A stretch of DNA of 64,000 nucleotides from Terriglobia bacterium. Lineage in GTDB: Bacteria > Acidobacteriota > Polarisedimenticolia > Polarisedimenticolales > JAIQFR01. A program made the position numbers and the translations under genes. The notes beneath the pieces were generated by a model. That model saw nothing but the letters and a program-made list of their open reading frames with translations. It did not search any database and was not told where the DNA came from. The number at the start of each line of letters is the position of its first letter. Position 1 is the stretch's first letter. Location of the stretch: positions 480,001-544,000 of the forward strand of contig CAVVHE010000008.1 of NCBI GenBank assembly GCA_963748015.1, read 5' to 3'. Positions 21,217-30,439 of the stretch are shown here, in pieces.

Positions 21217-21248
21217 CGCCCCTCTTGCCGCCCGGGTGGGAGGAAACC

Positions 21249-21815
21249 CTAGCGTGACTGCTTCTCGATCTGCTTCGCCTTCTTGGCCCGGGCCGACTCG
21301 CTCGGCGGGTACTTCTCCATGCCCTTCGAGAAGGCCTGCCAGAACTTGGCCGGGGTGTCGGTCGAGGTTTTCAGCTTCTCGTTGACGTACATCCGCCACG
21401 CGAGCGCGCTCGTCGACGCATCGACGAGGTCCACGATGATCGTCGCGCCCTGCTCGGTGATCTGCAGCGTCATGTAGGAGGGGACCCCGTAGTAGGTCCC
21501 GTTCTCGGTCGCGGTCACCGTTTTTCCCTGGCCCGTGTCGCCCTGGTAGCTCACGAGGAGATCGGGAGATTCTCCCTGGCCCGCGGGGCGAAGCCCGCGT
21601 TCCTGGAGGCAGCCCGCCAGGAACTTCTCCACACGCTCTTTTCCCGTGGCGTCGGCGAGGAATCCATACCGCTTCTGGTCGCGGTCCGGCCCCCAGGCCC
21701 AGGTCTTGTACCGGTCGAACTCCGCCTTGGGATTGAAATCGACCTCGATCGTCCCCGCTTGGAGGGCGCCGGCAGCGAGCATCGCGAGAGCAAGAGCCAA
21801 GGCGGTTCTTCGCAT
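21249..21815 (-). CDS. DUF4136-like secreted protein
   Basis: FDRYKTWAW, GATIIVDLVDA, WR and KYPP patterns; signal peptide; GGGAGG RBS. Confidence 0.8.
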   Translation of the reverse strand: MRRTALALALAMLAAGALQAGTIEVDFNPKAEFDRYKTWAWGPDRDQKRYGFLADATGKERVEKFLAGCLQERGLRPAGQGESPDLLVSYQGDTGQGKTVTATENGTYYGVPSYMTLQITEQGATIIVDLVDASTSALAWRMYVNEKLKTSTDTPAKFWQAFSKGMEKYPPSESARAKKAKQIEKQSR

Positions 21816-21858
21816 TCGACCTCCCCTGTACGGGCAGTATAGTGCAAGCGGCGCAGGC

Positions 21859-23127
21859 CTACCGCGCGAACCGCTTCTCCACGCGGTCCACGACGAGCGC
21901 CGTGACGAGGTCCCCGCTCACGTTGAGGACGGTGCGGCACATGTCGAGGATCCGGTCCACGCCGAGGATGATCGCGATCCCTTCGATCGGGACCCCGACG
22001 ACGCCGAGGACCATCATGAGCAGGGGGATCGAGCCCCCGGGGATCCCGGCCGTGCCGATCGCGGTCACGACGGACATGAGGACCACGATCACCTGCTGCC
22101 CGAGCGTCAGGTGCACGCCGAAGACCTGGGCGAGGAAGAGGACCGTGGCGCCCTCGAACAGCGCCGTGCCGTTCATGTTCATCGTCGCGCCGAGCGGGAG
22201 CACGAACCCCGCGATCTCCCTCGGAAGCCCGAGCTCCTGCTCGCCCACCTCGATCGTGGTCGGGAGGGTCGCGTTCGACGAGGAGGTCGAGAAGGCGGTG
22301 ATCATCACGAGGCGGATCTTCCTGAAGAACTCGAGCGGGCTGCGTCCCGCCACGAAGCGCACCACGATCGCGTAGCCGAGGAACTGGAAGATCGCGAGGC
22401 TCCCGACGACCGTCAGCACGTACTTGAGGAGGTTCAGGAGCAGATCGAATCCGAAGCGCGCGGTCACGCTGAAGATCAGGCAGAAGACGCCGATCGGCGC
22501 GATCGCCATGACCATGTGGATGATCGCGACCGTGGCATGGCTCAGGCTCTCGAGAAAGGCGACGAGCGGCCCCGACTGCGGCTTCGGCAGCACCGAGAGC
22601 GCCGCGCCGAGGACGAGGGCGAAGAAGATGATCGCCAGCATGTCGCCGTCGGCCGCGGCCTTGACCGGGTTCCGCGGGACGATCTTCACGAGGAGATCGA
22701 TCGTGAACGCGTTGCCCGAGAGGCCCATGGCCTGCGAGGCCTCGCCCCGGTAGGTCTCCATGAGCCGCGCCTTGATGCCGGGGTCGAGGTCCTCGCCGGG
22801 GCGGATGGTGTTCATCGCGAGGAGGCCGAGGGCGGTCGAGAGCGCGGTCAGTGTCAGGAATCCCAGGATCGTCACGACGCCGATCCGCCCGAGCCGCTTG
22901 AGGTCGCCGAGGCCGACGACGCCGAGCGAGAGGGTCGAGAGGATGAGCGGGATGACGACCATGATCAGCCCGGCGAGCCACATCTTCCCGAGCGGCTCCG
23001 TCACGAGCGAGACGAATCGCCGCGTGTCGGCACCCCCGTCCGTCAGGAGGTTGGTCGCGACCCCGGCGACGGCCCCGGCAACGAGACCGATGAGGATCTT
23101 CGTGTGGCGCGGCATGGGGTGGGACAC
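21859..23127 (-). CDS. Dicarboxylate/amino acid:cation symporter (GltP family)
   Basis: AFSTSSSNATLP, GATMNMNGT and DMCRTVLNV motifs. Confidence 0.95.
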   Translation of the reverse strand: MSHPMPRHTKILIGLVAGAVAGVATNLLTDGGADTRRFVSLVTEPLGKMWLAGLIMVVIPLILSTLSLGVVGLGDLKRLGRIGVVTILGFLTLTALSTALGLLAMNTIRPGEDLDPGIKARLMETYRGEASQAMGLSGNAFTIDLLVKIVPRNPVKAAADGDMLAIIFFALVLGAALSVLPKPQSGPLVAFLESLSHATVAIIHMVMAIAPIGVFCLIFSVTARFGFDLLLNLLKYVLTVVGSLAIFQFLGYAIVVRFVAGRSPLEFFRKIRLVMITAFSTSSSNATLPTTIEVGEQELGLPREIAGFVLPLGATMNMNGTALFEGATVLFLAQVFGVHLTLGQQVIVVLMSVVTAIGTAGIPGGSIPLLMMVLGVVGVPIEGIAIILGVDRILDMCRTVLNVSGDLVTALVVDRVEKRFAR

Positions 23128-23225
23128 TAACGCGTCCCGAGCGGCGATGTCAACAAGGACCCGGGCGGCTTCGTTGAAAACGGAGCGACGGACGCGTACA
23201 CTCCTCGAGCCGGTGACTGCGCAAG

Positions 23226-23915
23226 ATGAAACGACTTCGACTCGCCGAACGCTCGCTCTGGGTCGCGGGCCTGGTCCTGATCGCCGTTTACCTCGGCGTG
23301 CGCGGGTACGGCGAGCTCATGCGGCGATCGGAGCTGCGCCGCTTCGAGGAGGCCCGCAAGGGCGCCTCCGGGGATCGAGCCCCGCGAGTCGACCTCGCTC
23401 CCGTCCCCACGGCCGCGCCGGCTCCTCCTTCGACCGCCGGGCCCGCGCTTCGCGTGCCGGACGCGGTGGATACGCGGCTGTGGTCGCCGCAGAGGGTCCG
23501 CGGTTACGAGGAGAGCCTCCGGGCGGAGACCGGCCACCCGCTCGCCGTGCTCAGGATCCCGCGCATCGGCATCGAGGTGCCCGTTCTCGACGGGACCGAC
23601 GAGGCGAAGCTCAACCGCGGAGTCGGCCGGATCGAGGGAACCGCTCTGCCCGGTCAAGCCGGGAACCTCGGCATCGCGGGGCACCGCGACGGTTTCTTTC
23701 GCGGCCTGAAGGACGTCGCGGTGGGGGATGCCGTCGAGCTCGAGACCCTCGAAGGCACCGAGGCCTACGTCGTGGACGACATCCGGATCGTGGACCCCGA
23801 CGACGTGAGCGTGCTCGAGCCCACCTCCGCGCCGGCGATCACGATGGTGACCTGTTACCCGTTCTACTTCGTGGGCTCGGCTCCCCGCCGCTACATCGTC
23901 CGCGCCCGGCGCTAG
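23226..23915 (+). CDS. Sortase (class D-like)
   Basis: N-terminal anchor; IAGHRDGFF (His), MVTCYPF (Cys) and RRYIV (Arg) triad. Confidence 0.92.
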   Translation: MKRLRLAERSLWVAGLVLIAVYLGVRGYGELMRRSELRRFEEARKGASGDRAPRVDLAPVPTAAPAPPSTAGPALRVPDAVDTRLWSPQRVRGYEESLRAETGHPLAVLRIPRIGIEVPVLDGTDEAKLNRGVGRIEGTALPGQAGNLGIAGHRDGFFRGLKDVAVGDAVELETLEGTEAYVVDDIRIVDPDDVSVLEPTSAPAITMVTCYPFYFVGSAPRRYIVRARR

Positions 23916-23942
23916 GGGGCGCCACCTGCGCCGGTTCCGGGG

Positions 23943-24515
23943 TCACTTCTTGTTGAGGCTGTCGTTCTTCCAGTACTTCGTGCCGCTCACGTCGGCCGAC
24001 GCCATCAGGCCGGCGTCGGTCAGCTGGTAGAGGGCCATCCCGTTGCTGAACGAGGCGCCGGCGTCCGCGCCCTTGTTGCCCGCGGCGGCCTGCGCGGAGC
24101 CTTCCGCCTTCCAGCCTTTCTCGACGAAGCTCTTGAAGGCCGCGTCGGTCTCGAAGAGGAAGACCACCTGGTATTTCTGGCCGCCGAGCCCGAACCCGAT
24201 GCCCGCGGTCCCCATCTTCATGTAGGTGCGCTTCCCCGACTTCGACACCGCGACGCCGGAGCCTCCGCCGCCGCTGATCCCGATGGCGACCTTCACGTTG
24301 TCGAACACCGCGTAGCCCACCGCCTTGCCGTAGAGTTGCTTCGCGCCCTCGCTTTTCGCGAGCACGGTGTCCAGAGCCTTCTTGGCCATCGCGTCGATCT
24401 CGGCCCGCTTCTCCGCGTTCTTGTCCTTCTTCTCCTCGGCGATGGCCGAGGCGCCGATCATCAGTAGCGAAAGGCAGACGGCAATCGCGATCCAGGTCCT
24501 GGAAGCGCTTCTCAT
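23943..24515 (-). CDS. YSC84/SYLF-related secreted protein
   Basis: AVGYAVF, GGGGSG, GFGLGGQ and GLMASADVSGTKY patterns. Confidence 0.85.
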   Translation of the reverse strand: MRSASRTWIAIAVCLSLLMIGASAIAEEKKDKNAEKRAEIDAMAKKALDTVLAKSEGAKQLYGKAVGYAVFDNVKVAIGISGGGGSGVAVSKSGKRTYMKMGTAGIGFGLGGQKYQVVFLFETDAAFKSFVEKGWKAEGSAQAAAGNKGADAGASFSNGMALYQLTDAGLMASADVSGTKYWKNDSLNKK

Positions 24516-24596
24516 GGTTTCCTCCTCCGCTGCGCCGGCCGGCTCACCGGCAGGCTCTCACGGCCCCGCGAAGTCTAGCGCGTAACGTCCCCGGCA

Positions 24597-26276
24597 TCAC
24601 GCCCCCTCCCGTCCCGCCGGCGGCTCGAACCACCGCGCCTTCGGGACGACGACGTTCTGCTGCGGCTGGCCCATGAAGTGGGGGGACATGATCTGCACGC
24701 CGTGCTCGTTGAACTCGTCCTGGATGTTCCCGTGGAGTGCGTTGAGCGTCGCAGCCCACGCTTCGGGACTCTCGACGCGCGCGACGAGCTCGTACACGAC
24801 GTAGAAGTCCGCGAGTGACGTCTGGAGCACCACGGGCGCGGGGTCGCGCCTCAGCCCCGGCGTGCGCGCGGCGGCGGCGAGGAGCATCGCATGCACCTGC
24901 CGCCACGGGGCGTCGTACCCGATCGTCACCCCCGTGCACAGGGCGGGGCCGTCGGCGCCGGCGATCGTGGAGTAGTTCCGCGTCGGCGAGCTGATGACGA
25001 CCGCGTTCGGAATGGTGACCTCCTCGCCGCGGTACGTCCTCAGCTTCGTGGAGAAGGTCCCGAGCTGCAGGACCCGGCCCATGTCGTCGCCGATCTTCAC
25101 GATGTCGCCGGTCCGGAGCGCCCGCGAATACATCAGCGCGAGGCCGGCCATCACCTGGTTGACGAACCCGGCGGAGCCGAGGGAGATCATGATGCCCACG
25201 AATACGCTGATGCCCTTGAAGGCGTCGCTCGAGCTTCCCGGGAGGCGCGGATACGCGGCGACGAGGGCCAGGACCCAGATCGCCGCGACGGCGATCCGGC
25301 GGGTCGGAGCGGCCGTCTCGGCGGGCAGCCAGCCGATCTGGATCTCGCCGGCTTCCAGCGCGTGGAAGAACCCTTCCAGCGCGCGCACGACGAATCTGGC
25401 GACGACGAACACCAGCGCGACGACGAACAGGCCGGGGATGGCGCGGAGCGCGCCGAGTCCCAGATCCCGGAGCGTCCCCAGGACGTAGCCGCCGAGAGCC
25501 TCTCCCCAGGGCCTCGAGTACGGAAAGCGGGTGAGGACGTAGGCGAGCCACGGGTAAGCGATGGCGAGGCCCGCCACCCACGAGAGGGCCGACACGAACG
25601 AGCGGATCCACGTCGCGAGCTGCTGGGCCCGGAAGAGGGTGAATCCGGCCACAACGACGCCGCTCTCTCTCCTGGAGACCAAACGGGTCGCGCGCGCCAT
25701 CAGGCGCTTGCGGAGGGCGAAGATGAGGCGGACTGCGAGCAGGAACAGGAAAGTCGCGACGGCCGTCTCGATCGCGGCGCGCAGGATCGCTCCGGGCCGG
25801 CGCATCTCCTGCGCCTCGGCGAGAGCCTCGCGGAGGTTTCCGGCGGCGCGCGATGCCACGTCGTCCGGCGACTCGCCGGAGAGGGTCTCGCAGTCGCCGG
25901 CGGTGATCGTGAAGATCGCGCGGCTCCCCGCCGAGACGAGCACGCCTTCCGGAACCACCCGGGTGGTCACGTCCGCCGCGGCTCCCGATCGCGCGATGTC
26001 CTCGATCCTCCTAAGCGCCGCCTGCGCCCGCTCGTAAGGAAGCGTGGCGCCCCGGGTCGCGCGGAAGGTGGCGATTTGCCGGTTGGCGAACACAAGGTCG
26101 GCGTGCTCCGCGGTTGCGGGTTCCGCCGCGGGCGCAACGGCGGCGGCAGGAAGGGGCGGCGGGGGCGCGGCGAGGGCGGCCGAGAACGCGAAAACCGCGA
26201 GAACGGCGGTCACGATGCCCGCCGTGACCCGGAGTTGCTCGAAGCGTCCGAGAGAGGCAACCGTGTGGGACGCCAT
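24597..26276 (-). CDS. MscS-family mechanosensitive channel with periplasmic N-terminal domain
   Basis: GAGGAGG RBS before ATG 26276; GDIVKIG, VTIPN and IQDEFNEHGVQIMSPHF motifs. Confidence 0.9.
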   Translation of the reverse strand: MASHTVASLGRFEQLRVTAGIVTAVLAVFAFSAALAAPPPPLPAAAVAPAAEPATAEHADLVFANRQIATFRATRGATLPYERAQAALRRIEDIARSGAAADVTTRVVPEGVLVSAGSRAIFTITAGDCETLSGESPDDVASRAAGNLREALAEAQEMRRPGAILRAAIETAVATFLFLLAVRLIFALRKRLMARATRLVSRRESGVVVAGFTLFRAQQLATWIRSFVSALSWVAGLAIAYPWLAYVLTRFPYSRPWGEALGGYVLGTLRDLGLGALRAIPGLFVVALVFVVARFVVRALEGFFHALEAGEIQIGWLPAETAAPTRRIAVAAIWVLALVAAYPRLPGSSSDAFKGISVFVGIMISLGSAGFVNQVMAGLALMYSRALRTGDIVKIGDDMGRVLQLGTFSTKLRTYRGEEVTIPNAVVISSPTRNYSTIAGADGPALCTGVTIGYDAPWRQVHAMLLAAAARTPGLRRDPAPVVLQTSLADFYVVYELVARVESPEAWAATLNALHGNIQDEFNEHGVQIMSPHFMGQPQQNVVVPKARWFEPPAGREGA

Positions 26277-26366
26277 GTCGCCGACCTCCTCGGCGGCCCG
26301 CCGCGCCGCCCGTACGGAAGAGGATGATACCCCGCCCCCGCGCGAGAGAGGGTACAATCCCGCGTC

Positions 26367-27884
26367 ATGGGCGAGAACATCGGGAAATTCAAGGCCATCG
26401 CGCTGGTCTTCCTCGCCAGCGCGTGCACCATGGTGATCGAGCTGGTGGCGGGGCGCATCCTGGCCCCGTACATCGGCGTGTCGGTCTATACCTGGACCAG
26501 CATCATCGGCGTGGTGCTCGCCGGCATCAGCGTCGGCAACTATCTCGGCGGCCGCGTCGGCGACCGGTATCCCTCGACGCTCGTCCTGAGCGGGATCTTT
26601 CTCGCGGGCGGCATCCTGAGCCTGGCGATCCTCCCGCTGACGCTCCTCCTCAAGAGCGGGTTGGTGCCGGCGACCGTCCACCTCATGACGCGGGCGACCG
26701 TCTACACCTTCGTCCTGTTCTTCCTGCCCACCATGGCGCTCGGCATGACCACGCCGATCGTCGCGAAGCTGGTCCTCAAGGACATCGGGAAGACGGCCAA
26801 CGTCATCGGAACGCTCTACGCGTTCTCGTGCGCGGGGAGCATCCTGGGGACGTTTCTCACCGGGTTCCTCCTGATCTCGAGGTTCGGGACTCGCGCGATC
26901 GTCTGGCAGGTGGCGGCCGTCCTCTTCGCGATGGCCGTGTTCGCGAGTGGCTTCTGGAATAGCCGGGCGAAGCAGGCGATGCTCCTCGCGGGGGTGCTCG
27001 CGTACGCCGGCGTCTTCGCGTTCCGGCACGCCTACCAGACCACCTACACGCGCGAATCGAACTACTACGCGATCAACGTCTACGACAGTCCCGTGCCGGG
27101 GAGGAACGTGAAGGGACTGTCCCTCGACCACCTCACGCACAGCCTCGTGGACCTGAACGACCCGACGTACCACGCGTACGGCTACGAGAAGACCTTCTCG
27201 GCGGTCGCGCGCTACGTGGCCGGAGACCGCCAGGACATCGGCGTCTTCTGCATCGGCGGCGGAGGGTACTCGTTCTCGCGGTATCTCGAGGTGGCCTACC
27301 CGAAGGCGGGCATCGAGGTGGCCGAGATCGACCCCGCCGTGACGCGAACGGCATACGAAGATCTCGCGCTGCCGGCGGCGTCGCGCATCGTCACGCGCAA
27401 CGAGGACGCCAGGATCTTCCTGATGGGGCAGGACGCGCGCCCGCGCTACGACCTCGTGGTCGGCGACGCGTTCAACGACATGTCGGTTCCGTACCACCTG
27501 ACCACCTTCGAGTTCAACGAGGAGGTCCGGAAGGTGCTCAAGCCGGAAGGCTTCTACGTCACCAACGTGATCGACGACGTGCGGGAGGGACTCTTCGCTC
27601 GCTCGTTCATGAAGACCCTTATGCGGAGCTTCCGCGGCGTGTACCTGGTGCAGCCGGGGGGCGGCTGGGGGCTGAGCACGTACGTCGTCATCGCCACGAA
27701 CCGAGACTTCGACCGTGCCGAGCTCGACCGCTTGATCCGGTCCGATCCCAACGAGTTCGCCTCGGGAACGCTGATGACCCTCGAGGAGGTCGAGCGGGCC
27801 GCAGGAGCGAGGGAAGCCCCGGTGCTGACCGACGACTTCGTGCCGGTGGACAACATGATCGCCCCGCTCTTCGCGAGGGGATAG
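26367..27884 (+). CDS. Fused membrane domain / spermidine-synthase-like protein
   Basis: ELVAGRILAPYIG transmembrane region; IGGGGYS, EIDP, GDAF, PYHLTT and LTDDFVP motifs. Confidence 0.88.
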   Translation: MGENIGKFKAIALVFLASACTMVIELVAGRILAPYIGVSVYTWTSIIGVVLAGISVGNYLGGRVGDRYPSTLVLSGIFLAGGILSLAILPLTLLLKSGLVPATVHLMTRATVYTFVLFFLPTMALGMTTPIVAKLVLKDIGKTANVIGTLYAFSCAGSILGTFLTGFLLISRFGTRAIVWQVAAVLFAMAVFASGFWNSRAKQAMLLAGVLAYAGVFAFRHAYQTTYTRESNYYAINVYDSPVPGRNVKGLSLDHLTHSLVDLNDPTYHAYGYEKTFSAVARYVAGDRQDIGVFCIGGGGYSFSRYLEVAYPKAGIEVAEIDPAVTRTAYEDLALPAASRIVTRNEDARIFLMGQDARPRYDLVVGDAFNDMSVPYHLTTFEFNEEVRKVLKPEGFYVTNVIDDVREGLFARSFMKTLMRSFRGVYLVQPGGGWGLSTYVVIATNRDFDRAELDRLIRSDPNEFASGTLMTLEEVERAAGAREAPVLTDDFVPVDNMIAPLFARG

Positions 27885-28001
27885 CCGCGCAGGCCGTGCG
27901 CCCCGTCTAAGTCCGGCGGTGCGGGACGGGAGTGAAAAAAAAGCACTCAGCGGCGAGCCGCCCAAAGTGATAGGATCGGCTGTCCATCAGGAGGAATCGT
28001 C

Positions 28002-28319
28002 ATGCCCAAGCGCCCCGTCAGCCCGGTCAAGAAGCAGGTCCGCGTCATCCGGAAATCGCTGAAGGCGATCGAGAAGTCGCTCGCGCAGCTCGTCGCCGCC
28101 ACGAACGGCATGGGCGTGCGGACAATCGCCCGCGGCGGGTTGAAGGGGCGCAAGCTCAAGCTCACACCCAAGCGCCGAGCGGCGCTGAAGGTCCAGGGGG
28201 CCTACATCGGCCACCTGAGGAACCTGAAGCCGGCGCAAAAGGCACGGGTCAAGGCGCTGAGGCAGTCCAAGGGAATGCTCGCCGCGATCTCCCTGGCGAA
28301 GCGCCTCGGGAAGGCGTAA
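28002..28319 (+). CDS. Small, highly basic hypothetical protein
   Basis: AGGAGGA RBS; Lys/Arg-rich and nearly devoid of acidic residues. Confidence 0.7.
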   Translation: MPKRPVSPVKKQVRVIRKSLKAIEKSLAQLVAATNGMGVRTIARGGLKGRKLKLTPKRRAALKVQGAYIGHLRNLKPAQKARVKALRQSKGMLAAISLAKRLGKA

Positions 28320-28489
28320 GCCCGGAGGGGCCGCGGCCGCGGCGGGCGATTCCGCCGAGCCCGGAACGGGCGTATCCTTTCGGGTGGTCCGTTTCAGGAC
28401 CGGTTGCGGATGGAATCCCGGGACGCGGTCCGGCGGGACGCGGCGAGCGCCGGGTCCGTGCTCGTGATCCTCCGGCAGGGAGGTCCGTC

Positions 28490-29296
28490 ATGCGAGTCCC
28501 CGCGATCGCAAGCGTCCTGCTCGCCGTCCTGTCCGTCGCGCCCGCCTTTGCCGCCGACGTGGACGCGCGGAAACTCCTCGCCGCCGACCAGAAGGTCCAG
28601 GCTGGGCGGAAGGCCTTCGACGCGGGGGATCTGTCCGAGGCGCGCAAGCAGTACCAGAAAGCCCTCGACCTCGTGCCGTTCCAGCCCGACGCGTACCTCG
28701 GGCTCGGCCACATCTTCACGAAGGAGAAGCGCTTCGAGGAAGCTCTGGCGCACTACCAGAAGGCCGAGGAAGGGTACACGCGGCTCGCGAAGCTGAGGCA
28801 GGACCAGGCGGCCGCCGCGGACCTCGAGCGGCGCCAGGCGATCCAGGACCTCGGCCAGACGCAGGACAACCGTGCCAACGTCAAGGCGAGCGCCGGCTTC
28901 GAGAGGATGCAGGGCCTCAGCACGGACACCGCGATCAAGAACGCGCAGAATGCCGCGACTCCGGACGGCGTGCCCGACATCGGCGTGCCCGGCGAGGCTC
29001 ACTTCTACACCGGCACGGCGTTCTTCCAGCTCGGCCGGGTGCCGGAAGCGATGGCCGAGTGGAAGGCCTGCGCGGAGAGGAGCTCCGAATTCGCTCCGGT
29101 GTACAACAACCTCGCCCTCGGATACTGGAAGCGCGGCCAGCTCAAGGAGGCCGTGGAGAGCCTCGATCGCGCGGAGAAGCTCGGCTTCAAGGTCCACCCG
29201 CAGCTCAAGGCGGACCTCCACAAGGCCGCGGCTCAGGCGGGGGTCGCCGTGCCGTCCGCCGAACCTCCCGCGGAGACGCCCGCCCCGGCGAAGTGA
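28490..29296 (+). CDS. Secreted tetratricopeptide-repeat protein
   Basis: GGGAGG RBS, AFA signal cleavage site, TPR consensus (AYLGLG, YNNLA). Confidence 0.85.
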   Translation: MRVPAIASVLLAVLSVAPAFAADVDARKLLAADQKVQAGRKAFDAGDLSEARKQYQKALDLVPFQPDAYLGLGHIFTKEKRFEEALAHYQKAEEGYTRLAKLRQDQAAAADLERRQAIQDLGQTQDNRANVKASAGFERMQGLSTDTAIKNAQNAATPDGVPDIGVPGEAHFYTGTAFFQLGRVPEAMAEWKACAERSSEFAPVYNNLALGYWKRGQLKEAVESLDRAEKLGFKVHPQLKADLHKAAAQAGVAVPSAEPPAETPAPAK

Positions 29297-29464
29297 GGGC
29301 CGACAATCCGCTGGATGGAGGACGAAAACCGTCTTATGCTTACGCGTCCGCTTCGCGCAGTGCACCCGCCGCGCCTCGATCCCGCGTCGAGCGGCACGGG
29401 ACGGGCCGGTGGCATTCCGGGCCCCGGGCTCGCTCGTCGAGCCTCCGGGGTGAGTGGGGGAGAG

Positions 29465-29728
29465 ATGAAGCGTTTCCTGCTCAACAAGAGAGTTCTTCTC
29501 GCCGTCCTCGTGGCCGTCATCGCCGTGGGGATCTACGTGGCTGCGATGCCCAAGGCCGACGCTTTGGCCGGTCCGAGCGTCTGCACGTACTACAGCGATG
29601 CGAAGTACAAGACCGCCGTCGGCGCTCGCGGCACCGGCTGCTGCGGCGAGGTCATCAGCTGGGGCGTCACGTCGAAGTACATGAAGTGCCAGAGGCTCTA
29701 CTGCCTCGACGTCCTCTGTCCGAACTAG
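29465..29728 (+). CDS. Small secreted Cys-rich peptide (DUF6289-like)
   Basis: Signal/anchor followed by CTYYSDA...VG...GCCG...WG...C...C...CP. Confidence 0.75.
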   Translation: MKRFLLNKRVLLAVLVAVIAVGIYVAAMPKADALAGPSVCTYYSDAKYKTAVGARGTGCCGEVISWGVTSKYMKCQRLYCLDVLCPN

Positions 29729-29948
29729 GGATTCGTTGGATCCGGGAGGGTGCGGGAGCGTCCGCTCGCGCTCCCGTGCCCTTCTCACCCCCTCCTCGGC
29801 TTTCCACCGGGCCTTCTCGCCGGCTCGATCCACCCCCGGCGGCCCCTGTACCCCCATGGGCAACCACCCCCAAAAAAGCTCCCCACGAAATCAAGTTTGA
29901 CGTATATGAATTAGCGCCCGGCTCGGCTTGCGACCCGGGAGGGCTGCG

Positions 29949-30362
29949 ATGCGGCGCTTCGCCTGTTGGGTCATGATTTGCCTCTTCGCTGCGGGCTATC
30001 AGCCGCCGCGCGGCGAGGCATGCAGTTGCACCGCGGAACGGAACTGCGGTTGTGCCTGCTGGCGGCACGAAGCACCCGCTCCAGCCGCGGGGCACGAGGA
30101 GAACAGCCCCGCGCGCCCCTGCTGCGCCCCGAAGGAAACCCGCAAGTCGAGCGTCTGCGGCGCGTCGCACGATTCGAGTGGCCGGACGGTACCTGCGCTT
30201 CCGGAGACCAAGAGCGGCTCTCACGACACCGGGCAGCCGATGGACTGGCTGGCCGCGGTGGCTCCGCGAGTCGTGACCCCGGGCGAATCCGACCAGATTC
30301 CGGAATGCCAACGAATCACGGTGTCCAACGTCTCGCCAAAGCCGCAGGTACCCCCTCCCTGA
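29949..30362 (+). CDS. Cys-rich leader ORF upstream of the copper receptor
   Basis: GGGAGG RBS; hydrophobic N-terminus; CSC, CGCAC and CC clusters; ends PQVPPP-stop. Confidence 0.65.
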   Translation: MRRFACWVMICLFAAGYQPPRGEACSCTAERNCGCACWRHEAPAPAAGHEENSPARPCCAPKETRKSSVCGASHDSSGRTVPALPETKSGSHDTGQPMDWLAAVAPRVVTPGESDQIPECQRITVSNVSPKPQVPPP

Positions 30363-30439
30363 AGCCGCTTCCCCCCGAAACGCCTCTGAAGTGACCGGTT
30401 CCTCGAGGTTCGGCGGCTCCGTCCGCCAGGGGGAAGACC

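Noticed and set aside
24597..27965. 1122-aa ORF (likewise 37088-41107, 46006-49503, 3384-4691 and 41121-45092) as giant fusion proteins
   Set aside because: The extensions are stop-poor shadow frames overlapping real genes; internal RBS/start sites or a frameshift explain the true genes.
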